From: Candidatus Zixiibacteriota bacterium | GTDB lineage: Bacteria; Zixibacteria; MSB-5A5; GN15; FEB-12 | Length of the DNA stretch: 28,394 nucleotides | Assembly (NCBI GenBank): GCA_041742355.1 | Contig: JBGSIV010000244.1 | Span: 1 to 28,394, forward strand | Direction: 5' to 3' | Shown: positions 7,137 through 14,836 of the stretch, one piece after another | Position numbering within the stretch: position 1 is the first letter of the stretch | Layout of the letters: the number at the start of each line of letters is the position of its first letter | Notes under the pieces: generated by a model | Databases searched by the model: none | What the model saw: the letters and a program-made list of their open reading frames with translations, nothing else | Told to the model about the DNA's origin: nothing | Translations under genes and position numbers: made by a program

Positions 7137-9467
7137 ATGGCTGCAACCAGCGCGATTGACGGCATAATCTCCGGTCTGAACACGACCGAGATCGTCGACA
7201 CTATCATCAAGGCCGAACGCCGCAACGCCGTCCTGCTCGAGGAAGAGCAGGCGATGAAGACGACGATCATCTCCGCCTTCAAAGCTCTCCAGGCAAAGTT
7301 CCTCGCCCTCAACACCGAACTGAGCCAACTCGTCCGCTCGTCATCGTACGAGGCCGCGACGGTGGACGTTTCGGACACGTCGTACCTGACCGCGACCGGC
7401 ACCGGCCGGGTCACGAGCGGCTCCTACGACATCCGTGTGCTCTCCCTGGCCCGCAACCACCAGATCGCCGGCCAGGGGCTCACGAGCGATTCACTCGCCC
7501 TCATGGGGACCGGCGCCATCAGCATTCAGGTCGGCGACGGTGCGACGCAGACGATTACCATCGACGGCACCAACAATTCGCTGGTCGGCATCAAGCAGGC
7601 GATCAACAACGCCAAGGCGGGCGTGACAGCCAGCATTGTCAACGACGGCTCGGCCTCAAATCCCTACCGCCTGGTGCTCACGGCCAACAAGACCGGCGTG
7701 GCCAACAAAATTACGATCAACTCCAATCTCGTCGGCGGGACCAATCTCAACTTTGCGACGCCGAGCTTCGACGCCCCGGAAATCCTGTCGTTCGACGAAG
7801 ACTCCACCGCCGAGGTATCCCTCGGCACGACCGCCGCCTACACCGGCGCCGGCAACAAGATCTTCACCTTCACCGTCCGCGGCTCGGGCACCCACACCCT
7901 CGGAAACGAACCCATTACTCTCGACTGGAGCGATGGCACCAACACCGGTTCGGTAGTGGTCACGCAGTCCGACACGGAAGTGGAACTGGTCGGAGCCGGA
8001 GCCGACGGCCTGAAGCTCAACCTCAGTGGGGGAACCCTCACGGGCGGCGACACTTTCCAGGTCGGTACCTTTGCCCCGACTCTGCAGGCGGCCTCCGATG
8101 CCCGCATTTCGATCGGATCGCAGGACGGCAGCGGCTCGCCGATAATGGTCGGTTCCGACACGAACACTTTCCGCGATCTCGTCGGCGGCGTGACCATCCG
8201 CGTGGCGAAAGTGACGCCTGCGGGCGAGTCGGTTACGATCAACACCGACATCGACGTCGAAGGCGTCAAGACCAAGATTCAGAACTTCATCAAGCGCTAC
8301 AACGAAGTCATAGATTTCATCGAAGAGCAGAACCGCTACGACCAGGAAAAGGAAGAGTCGGGCGTGCTGTTCGGCGACGCGACCCTGTGGATGGTCCGCA
8401 ATTCGCTGAGCAACGCGATCGGCAACAAGATCACCGGACTCGACAGCAAATTCTCCCAGCTCTACGCCCTCGGGATCCGGTCCAAGGGCGACGGGCGGCT
8501 GGCCATCACCGACAGCACCCGGTTCGACGACGCGCTGCGCAACAACCTCGACGAGGTGATCAAGCTCATGTCCAGGGCGGGAGTGTCCTCGCGCAGCGGG
8601 ATAGATTTCGTTTCCTCGACCACGGAGACCAAGGCAGGAGAGAACTACGAAGTCAACATCACCCAGGCGGCGGCCAAAGGCTACCTCCAGGGGAACGACC
8701 TGGGCAACCTGCTGACCAATCCGATTACCCTGACCGGATCGAACAACACGCTGAAGCTAACGGTCGACGGACTCAAATCCCGGGAGATCTACCTCGCCCA
8801 GCGAACGTACGACTCCGGCGACGACCTCGCCGAAGAGGTGCAGGCCCGGATCGACGCGGATGAGTCCATTGGTAACCGCGGCGTAACGGTGGAGTGGGTT
8901 TCCACCGGGGCGGGTGGCTACCTCAAGCTGACCAGCTCGACCTACGGATCATCGTCATCAGTCGCCGTGGACACGATCTCCAACTCGGCATCGATTGTCC
9001 TCGGGTTGAGCGCGGGCACGGCGGTCAAGGGACTCGATGTTGCCGGCACAATCAACGGGGAAGAAGCCGACGGCAAGGGACAGCTCCTCAGCGGCAAAGA
9101 CACCAGCAAGACGATCAAAGGGCTGGTGCTAAAAATTGCGATGGATTCCGGGCAACTCACCGAGGCCATTGAAGGGACAGTCACCGTGACCAAGGGGGTC
9201 GCCGCCCGCTTGGCCGACGTGGTCGACAGCCTGACCAAACAGACCGAGGGAACGTTCGACCGCAGGATCAAGTCCTACCAGGATCAGGTGGACACGATCG
9301 CCAAACGGGTCGAGGAAATCGACGAGCGCCTCGAGGTGCGCCGCGCCTCCCTGATGCTGAAGTTCCAGCAAATGGAGGACGCGCTCGGACAGATGAAGAG
9401 CACCGGGGACTACCTCACCAACCAGCTGGCGTCAATCAACGCCAACTGGATTAGGAGCAGGAAATAA
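7137..9467 (+). CDS. fliD: Flagellar filament cap protein FliD (HAP2), 776 aa with extra inserted domains
   Basis: N-terminal GIISGLNTTEIVDTII, ASIVNDGS..PYRLVLTA, IQNFIKRYNEV, GVLFGDATL, and C-terminal helices (LMLKFQQMEDALGQM..YLTNQL); located between fliC and fliS. Confidence 0.95.
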   Translation: MAATSAIDGIISGLNTTEIVDTIIKAERRNAVLLEEEQAMKTTIISAFKALQAKFLALNTELSQLVRSSSYEAATVDVSDTSYLTATGTGRVTSGSYDIRVLSLARNHQIAGQGLTSDSLALMGTGAISIQVGDGATQTITIDGTNNSLVGIKQAINNAKAGVTASIVNDGSASNPYRLVLTANKTGVANKITINSNLVGGTNLNFATPSFDAPEILSFDEDSTAEVSLGTTAAYTGAGNKIFTFTVRGSGTHTLGNEPITLDWSDGTNTGSVVVTQSDTEVELVGAGADGLKLNLSGGTLTGGDTFQVGTFAPTLQAASDARISIGSQDGSGSPIMVGSDTNTFRDLVGGVTIRVAKVTPAGESVTINTDIDVEGVKTKIQNFIKRYNEVIDFIEEQNRYDQEKEESGVLFGDATLWMVRNSLSNAIGNKITGLDSKFSQLYALGIRSKGDGRLAITDSTRFDDALRNNLDEVIKLMSRAGVSSRSGIDFVSSTTETKAGENYEVNITQAAAKGYLQGNDLGNLLTNPITLTGSNNTLKLTVDGLKSREIYLAQRTYDSGDDLAEEVQARIDADESIGNRGVTVEWVSTGAGGYLKLTSSTYGSSSSVAVDTISNSASIVLGLSAGTAVKGLDVAGTINGEEADGKGQLLSGKDTSKTIKGLVLKIAMDSGQLTEAIEGTVTVTKGVAARLADVVDSLTKQTEGTFDRRIKSYQDQVDTIAKRVEEIDERLEVRRASLMLKFQQMEDALGQMKSTGDYLTNQLASINANWIRSRK

Positions 9468-9501
9468 CGCCAATCACCACATAGGAGCAAGGGAAGACAC
9501 C

Positions 9502-9933
9502 ATGGACGGGAAACTCACCGCCTACCGCAAAGAAGATACCGCCGGAAAATCGCAGGTCGATCTGATCATCCAGGTCTACGACGGGGCGATCAGCGCCTTC
9601 CGCACCGCCCGGGAACGTTATGAGACCGATGATTCCACGGCCGGGTACAATCAGCTCGAACGCGCCCGCAAGTTCCTCACGCACCTGTATACCACCCTGG
9701 ACTACGAAAAGGGCGGGGACATCTCCGAACAGCTCGGTCGCCTCTATGCCTTCGTCATCAATCAGATCAATGTGGCGGAAGCGACCAAAGATTTAAGCGT
9801 GATTGACGATAACATAACTATACTGAGTAACCTGCGCGAAGGCTGGACCGGCCTGAAAGCGCAGACATCGGAAGGCGTCCGGACGGCCGAACCCGCTCCC
9901 GCACCGGCGGGCGGATTCTGCCACACCGCATGA
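9502..9933 (+). CDS. fliS: Flagellin export chaperone FliS
   Basis: LIIQVYDGAI, LDYEKGGDISEQLGRLY and LSNLREGW motifs; follows fliD. Confidence 0.95.
   Translation: MDGKLTAYRKEDTAGKSQVDLIIQVYDGAISAFRTARERYETDDSTAGYNQLERARKFLTHLYTTLDYEKGGDISEQLGRLYAFVINQINVAEATKDLSVIDDNITILSNLREGWTGLKAQTSEGVRTAEPAPAPAGGFCHTA
9786..9812 (+). promoter_or_regulatory. Putative internal sigma28 promoter inside fliS
   Basis: CAAAGATT (9786-9793) - 11 nt - GACGATAA (9805-9812); 6/8 and 7/8 consensus matches with exact spacing, in a locally AT-rich codon patch. Confidence 0.6.
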
Positions 9934-9942
9934 GTGGGCAGC

Positions 9943-10395
9943 ATGGATTACGACGTCCTCAAGCAACTCGAACGCGAACTGCTGGCAGTGCTCAAAGATG
10001 AGTACTCGTTCTACCAGTCGCTTTACATCACCCTGGACAAGCAGCGCGACGCGATCAAATTCAACCGCGACGATCAACTGCTGGACCTGTTCGCCGAAGT
10101 CGAACGGTACCGGCAGCGCATTGCCAAATCGGAAGCGACCATCCGCCAGCTCCAGGAGAACCATCCGAAAGCGTTCCGCATGGCGGCCGTGCTTCCGGAA
10201 GTCAAAAAGACGATCAACAGCATTCGGACCCTCGTCAAGAAGAGCGTCGACGTGGTGACCGAATGCGAAGGCCATCTGCAGGGTCGCTACGACCGTATCA
10301 AAGAGGAGTTGGGCGAACTGCGCAACAGCCAGCAAATCCTGCAGTACATCAGCGAGCCGACGCCTTCGCCGCAGTTCGTCGACGGCAAAAAGTAA
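9943..10395 (+). CDS. FliT/FlgN-like flagellar export chaperone
   Basis: About 150-aa all-helical protein. The N-terminus resembles FlgN (LLAVLKDEYSFYQSL); the C-terminus Y...FVDGKK and the position after fliD-fliS fit FliT. Confidence 0.65.
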   Translation: MDYDVLKQLERELLAVLKDEYSFYQSLYITLDKQRDAIKFNRDDQLLDLFAEVERYRQRIAKSEATIRQLQENHPKAFRMAAVLPEVKKTINSIRTLVKKSVDVVTECEGHLQGRYDRIKEELGELRNSQQILQYISEPTPSPQFVDGKK

Positions 10396-10522
10396 GCCGG
10401 ACCGAAACGAGGCCGGGGCGGGCGCGGAGCGCCCGAAAGCCCGGCCGACCCTGTACATAGGAAGGTAAACCGGCGCCCGCGCGCCGGAAGGACGATGGAC
10501 CGAAATTGAGTGGGGTTGCCGT

Positions 10523-10879
10523 ATGAAGATAGGATCTGCCCACCGGGTGCGGACGGTTCACGGCGAGACAGCAGTCAATGTGCCGAAGAAACGAGAAACG
10601 TCAACGGGAGACCGGAAACACGGCGATGAAGTGATCATCTCCGACCACGCCCGCGAGCAGCTGGCGAAGCTGGCCGATGAGGCGCGGGCGACCATGAAGT
10701 TCGATCCGGTCATCGAAGACGTCGACGAGATTCGAATCAGCAAAATCCGGCAAGCGAGGGAGCGGCTGCAAAGCGGCTACTACAACCGGCCGGAGATACT
10801 GGAAGATATAGCGGGCCGCCTGGCCGACTCCCTGTTCGACCGGCCGCCCGATACAAACGAAACGCCCGAGCAGTCATGA
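10523..10879 (+). CDS. flgM: Anti-sigma28 factor FlgM-like protein
   Basis: MKI start, low-complexity N-half, DEVIISDHAR motif, and C-terminal RISKIRQARERLQSGYY..DIAGRL resembling the FlgM sigma-binding region. Confidence 0.72.
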   Translation: MKIGSAHRVRTVHGETAVNVPKKRETSTGDRKHGDEVIISDHAREQLAKLADEARATMKFDPVIEDVDEIRISKIRQARERLQSGYYNRPEILEDIAGRLADSLFDRPPDTNETPEQS

Positions 10880-11763
10880 CAACGACGACAGCAGATGCGA
10901 AAATCAAGCAGGTCGTATCCAATATCCGCAACCTGCCCACGCCCCCGGTCGTATTTCACCAGATCCAGAAGGTCATCAGCGACCCGAATGCCTCGGCGGC
11001 TCACGTCGCGGCCATTCTCGCCGAAGACCCCGCCATGTCGGTGAAAGTGCTCAAACTCACGAACTCCGCTTTCTACGGCCTGGCCCGCGAGGTGGAATCG
11101 GTCCGGCAGGCCGTGGTCATTGTCGGCATGGAGGCTATCAAGAACCTCGTCCTCTCGGCCAGCGTCCTGGACATGTTCAAAGGCAATCAGATCGACCAGG
11201 AGCACCAGGAGCGCTTCTGGCGGCATTCCCTGGCGACCGCATTCTGCTGCCGCCTCCTGGCACGATCGATCCGGGACCGCGGATTTGTCGATCCCGACGC
11301 GGCCTTCTCGGCCGGCCTGCTGCACGATGTCGGCAAAATTGTCATCTCCTGCTTCCTGCCCGACGAATACAAGCGGTACATCACTGCCCGCAAAGACAAC
11401 TTCACGGCGACCGATGTTCGGGTGGAACTGGAGGCCCTCGGCTATACCCACGGCCATGTGGGCGGATTCTTGGCGCTGCAGTGGAAGCTGCCGGAAAAGC
11501 TGTGCGAGGCTATTATCCACCACCATGCCCCCAGTGAATCGCAGCTGCGTGATCCGCTCGTGTACATGGTCTGCTTGGCCGACTTCATCGCCAAGAGGAC
11601 ATTTTACGATCGATTGGAAGCCCCCCTCGTCGGCGAGGCGGACGTCGAAGTGATGACGGTGCTGGGGGTCGATGACCTTCGGCTCGAGGGCTTCTCCGAG
11701 AAACTCCGCGAGGAGTACGTTAAGGCAGAGACGTTTATGCAGATGGTCGGATTGGCCTCTTGA
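10876..11763 (+). CDS. Stand-alone HDOD-domain protein
   Basis: LPTPP, EDPAMSVKVLKLTNSAFYG, FWRHSLATA, AGLLHDVGK, HGHVGGFLALQWKLP and HHH motifs; start overlaps the flgM stop (ATGA). Confidence 0.92.
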   Translation: MTTTTADAKIKQVVSNIRNLPTPPVVFHQIQKVISDPNASAAHVAAILAEDPAMSVKVLKLTNSAFYGLAREVESVRQAVVIVGMEAIKNLVLSASVLDMFKGNQIDQEHQERFWRHSLATAFCCRLLARSIRDRGFVDPDAAFSAGLLHDVGKIVISCFLPDEYKRYITARKDNFTATDVRVELEALGYTHGHVGGFLALQWKLPEKLCEAIIHHHAPSESQLRDPLVYMVCLADFIAKRTFYDRLEAPLVGEADVEVMTVLGVDDLRLEGFSEKLREEYVKAETFMQMVGLAS

Positions 11764-11797
11764 CGGCCGCCAACCGCTGCCAAACAGGCTTGTGGAG

Positions 11798-11832
11798 GCG
11801 CCCCGGGGAGATTTTCCCGGGGCGTTTTCGTT
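11798..11832 (+). terminator. Rho-independent terminator ending the flagellar block
   Basis: Stem CGCCCCGGG(GA)...(TT)CCCGGGGCG followed by TTTTCGTT. Confidence 0.8.
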
Positions 11833-11944
11833 GAGGACGAGGGCCGGCAGCAGACCCAGAATCACCGGGAACCCAAAGGGAATGTTAAGGTTAGAAAGAG
11901 AGATCGCCCACCTGTTCTTTCCCCGGGGGAACCCAACTTTCGGC

Positions 11945-11973
11945 TTGACAATTTCCCCTTCAGGGCATAAACT
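11945..11973 (+). promoter_or_regulatory. Sigma70-type promoter for tRNA-Val/thrS
   Basis: TTGACA (11945-11950) - 17 nt - TAAACT (11968-11973). Confidence 0.82.
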
Positions 11974-12018
11974 GGTTGACTGCCTGCCGCCTGATAAGTC
12001 GGTGGCAGTGACAAGGAT

Positions 12019-12095
12019 GGGCGATTAGCTCAGATGGTTAGAGTACTTGCTTGACATGCAAGGGGTCACTGGTTCGATTCCAGTATCGCCCACCA
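12019..12095 (+). tRNA. tRNA-Val (anticodon GAC)
   Basis: Cloverleaf with acceptor stem GGGCGAT/ATCGCCC, D arm GCTC..GAGT, anticodon arm CTTGC-TTGACAT-GCAAG, T arm ACTGG-TTCGATT-CCAGT and encoded ACCA; 77 nt. Confidence 0.97.
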
Positions 12096-12115
12096 TTCAA
12101 TTTACGGAATCGATG

Positions 12116-12160
12116 AGCGGGTTGCTCCGTGGGGCAGACCCCACCCGTCAATCCGCTTTT
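12116..12160 (+). terminator. Terminator-like stem-loop between tRNA-Val and thrS
   Basis: Outer stem AGCGGGTTG/CAATCCGCT, inner GTGGGG-CAGA-CCCCAC, followed by a short T run. Confidence 0.5.
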
Positions 12161-12180
12161 GTCATGATGGAAGAGACGTT

Positions 12181-14127
12181 GTGCCGGAGATGCAGATAAC
12201 ATTACCGGATGGCTCGGTTCGGCCGTTCGCCCCGGGGACCACCGGCATGGAGATCGCCAAATCCATTTCGCCGCGACTGGCGAAGGATGCGATCGCCGTG
12301 CGGGTTGACGGCGTGGTGCGCGACCTCAATGCGCCCGTCCCAACCGACGCGAAAGTCGAGGTCCTCACGTTCGACCATCCCGACGGCCGGCAGGTGTTCT
12401 GGCACTCCAGCTCCCACATAATGGCCCAGGCGGTGCAGGAGCTGTTCCCTGGCGTCAAGCTGGCGATCGGGCCGTCGATCGACGAGGGTTGGTATTACGA
12501 TTTCGATGTTTCAAAGCCCTTCTCGCCCGAAGACATTGCCCGGATCGAAGAGCGGATGCAGCAGATTATCAACGAAGATGCCGAGTTTTCGTGCAGACGC
12601 AGCCCGAAGCGCGAGGCGATCGATTTCTACAAAGAACGCGGCGAGCAGTACAAAATCGAATTGCTTGAGGGATTCGAGGACGAAGAAGTCAGCTTCTACT
12701 CGCACTCCCGGTTTGTCGATCTTTGCCGCGGCCCACACATCCCGCGCACCGGGATTATCAAGTCGTTCAAGCTGACCGCGACCTCCGGCGCCTACTGGCG
12801 CGGCGACGAAAAGCGCCCGATGCTCCAGCGCATCTACGGGGTGTCGTATCCGAAGAAGGCGATGCTGGACGAATACCTGACCCGGATGGAAGAGGCCAAG
12901 AAGCGCGACCATCGGGTGCTGGGCAAACAGCTTGAGCTGTTCCAGTTGACCGATGAGATCGGCGGCGGGCTGGTCCTGTGGCATCCGAAGGGTGGCATCG
13001 TCCGCAACGAGATCGAAACCTTCTGGCGCCAGGAACACCTGCGCGTCGGTTACGATCTCGTATACACGCCGCACATCGCGAACCTCGAGCTTTGGAAGAC
13101 CAGCGGGCACCTCGGGTTCTACAAGGACTCGATGCTCAGCCCGATGGAAATCGAGGACCGTCAGTTCCAGCTCAAGCCGATGAACTGCCCGTTCCATATC
13201 GTGATGTACAAGTCCAGGCTCTGGTCCTACCGGGATCTCCCGCTACGCTGGGCCGAACTGGGGACAGTCTACCGGTACGAACCAAGTGGCACGCTCCACG
13301 GCCTGATGCGGGTGCGCGGATTCACCCAGGACGACGCCCACCACTTCGTGACCGCCGAGCGGATGGAAGCCGAGGTCAAGTGGACGCTCGATTTCTGCCT
13401 GCATATCATCCGGTCGTTCGGATTCAATAATTTCGATATCTACCTCTCGACGCGCCCGGCCGAGAAGTCGGTGGGCCGGGAAGAGGATTGGCTTGCGGCC
13501 CAGGACGGCCTGCGGCGCGCACTCGAAGCGAGCGGATTGCCGTTTGACATCGACGAGGGCGGCGGCGCGTTCTACGGACCCAAGATCGATATCAAGATCA
13601 AAGACGCGCTCAATCGCTCGTGGCAGTGCTCGACGATCCAGTTCGATTTTAATATGCCGGAGCGCTTCGATTTACACTATATTGACAGGGATGGTCAGCC
13701 TAAGCGGCCATTTATGATACACCGCGCCCTGCTCGGGTCAATCGAGCGATTCTTCGGCGTGCTCATCGAGCACTACGCCGGGAAATTCCCGCTCTGGTTG
13801 GCGCCGGTGCAGGCAAAGGTGCTGCCGATTACCGACAGCCTCAACGACTACGCCGCTTCGGTCGTGAACGACCTGAAGCAGGCCGGCATTCGGGCGCAGC
13901 TCGACGACCGATCGGAAAAGGTCGGTTCGAAGATTCGCGATGCCGAACTGGCCAAGGTGCCGTACATGTTTATCGTGGGCGGCCGCGAAGCGGAGCAGGG
14001 GCAGGTATCGGTGCGCAAACACGGCGCCGGAGATGTCGGCGCCAAGCCTCTGGCGGAAGCCCGCGATATGCTGCTCGCGGAGATCCGGACCAAGGGGTTG
14101 GACCCAGGCAGTACGACTGCATTTTAA
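12181..14127 (+). CDS. thrS: Threonine--tRNA ligase
   Basis: TGS domain (ITLPDGS), editing motifs HSSSH and DLCRGPH, catalytic LKPMNCPFH, RVRGFTQDDAH, GAFYGPKID and HRALLGSIERF. Confidence 0.99.
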   Translation: MPEMQITLPDGSVRPFAPGTTGMEIAKSISPRLAKDAIAVRVDGVVRDLNAPVPTDAKVEVLTFDHPDGRQVFWHSSSHIMAQAVQELFPGVKLAIGPSIDEGWYYDFDVSKPFSPEDIARIEERMQQIINEDAEFSCRRSPKREAIDFYKERGEQYKIELLEGFEDEEVSFYSHSRFVDLCRGPHIPRTGIIKSFKLTATSGAYWRGDEKRPMLQRIYGVSYPKKAMLDEYLTRMEEAKKRDHRVLGKQLELFQLTDEIGGGLVLWHPKGGIVRNEIETFWRQEHLRVGYDLVYTPHIANLELWKTSGHLGFYKDSMLSPMEIEDRQFQLKPMNCPFHIVMYKSRLWSYRDLPLRWAELGTVYRYEPSGTLHGLMRVRGFTQDDAHHFVTAERMEAEVKWTLDFCLHIIRSFGFNNFDIYLSTRPAEKSVGREEDWLAAQDGLRRALEASGLPFDIDEGGGAFYGPKIDIKIKDALNRSWQCSTIQFDFNMPERFDLHYIDRDGQPKRPFMIHRALLGSIERFFGVLIEHYAGKFPLWLAPVQAKVLPITDSLNDYAASVVNDLKQAGIRAQLDDRSEKVGSKIRDAELAKVPYMFIVGGREAEQGQVSVRKHGAGDVGAKPLAEARDMLLAEIRTKGLDPGSTTAF

Positions 14128-14136
14128 GGAGGTACT

Positions 14137-14814
14137 ATCAGCAGCAAAGACTTGCGCATCAATCGCCGCATCCGCGTTTCGCCGGTTCGGCTGATTGGTC
14201 CCGAAGGTGAGCAGATCGGCATATTGCCGACGAAGGAAGCGATGGAGCGCGCCGAGCAGTTGGGCCTCGACCTCGTGGAAGTGTCCCCCAACAGCCGTCC
14301 TCCCGTCTGCCGCATCATGGATTTCGGAAAGTACAAGTACGAGGTCGCCAAGAAAGACCGGCAGGCAAAGAAACGACAGCACTCGTTTCAACTGAAAGAA
14401 ATGCGCTTCCGGCCGAAGATCGACGATCACGACTTCGAATTCAAAACGAAGCACGTGCGCAATTTTCTGGAATCGGGCAGCAAGGTAAAGGTTTTCGTCA
14501 TGTTCCGCGGCCGCGAAATGGCCTACCAGGAGTACGGACGGCAGGTCCTCGACCGCGTTATTGAGGACCTCAAAGACGTCGGTACGGTGGAAAGCGCACC
14601 GAAGATGGAAGGCCGGAACATGAACATGCTGATGGCGCCGCGTCCGGAGGTGATGAAGAAGCTCAAGCAGAAGCAGGAGCAGAAAGCCCGCGACAAGAGT
14701 GTCGAACCCGGGGCCGAGGTTGAACCGGATGTGGAAGACGATGATGTCGACATCGACGATCTTGACATCGACGATATCGACGACGAGAACGAGACGGAAG
14801 ATAGTAACGCGTAA
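14137..14814 (+). CDS. infC: Translation initiation factor IF-3, probable non-canonical ATC start, acidic C-terminal tail
   Basis: RINRRIR..VRLI, LDLVEVSPN..PPVCRIMDFGKYKY, KEMRFRPKIDDHD and MFRGRE. SD AAGGAGGT (14126-14133) precedes an in-frame ATC at 14137. Confidence 0.95.
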   Translation: MSSKDLRINRRIRVSPVRLIGPEGEQIGILPTKEAMERAEQLGLDLVEVSPNSRPPVCRIMDFGKYKYEVAKKDRQAKKRQHSFQLKEMRFRPKIDDHDFEFKTKHVRNFLESGSKVKVFVMFRGREMAYQEYGRQVLDRVIEDLKDVGTVESAPKMEGRNMNMLMAPRPEVMKKLKQKQEQKARDKSVEPGAEVEPDVEDDDVDIDDLDIDDIDDENETEDSNA

Positions 14815-14836
14815 CGTATAGAAGGTAGACCAGCCC

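Noticed and set aside
10396..10522. Possible c-di-GMP-I riboswitch or hammerhead ribozyme upstream of flgM (GGTAAAC-hairpin, several CCGAAA)
   Set aside because: Lacks the GNRA loop and the GCAAAG and CUAA..AUG receptor pattern of c-di-GMP-I, and lacks the CUGANGA hammerhead core; an Rfam scan would settle it.
11903..11912. ATCGCCCACC, identical to the tRNA-Val 3' end (12085-12094), as a possible att-site scar
   Set aside because: Only 10 bp, lies upstream rather than downstream of the tRNA, and no integrase or foreign cargo is present.
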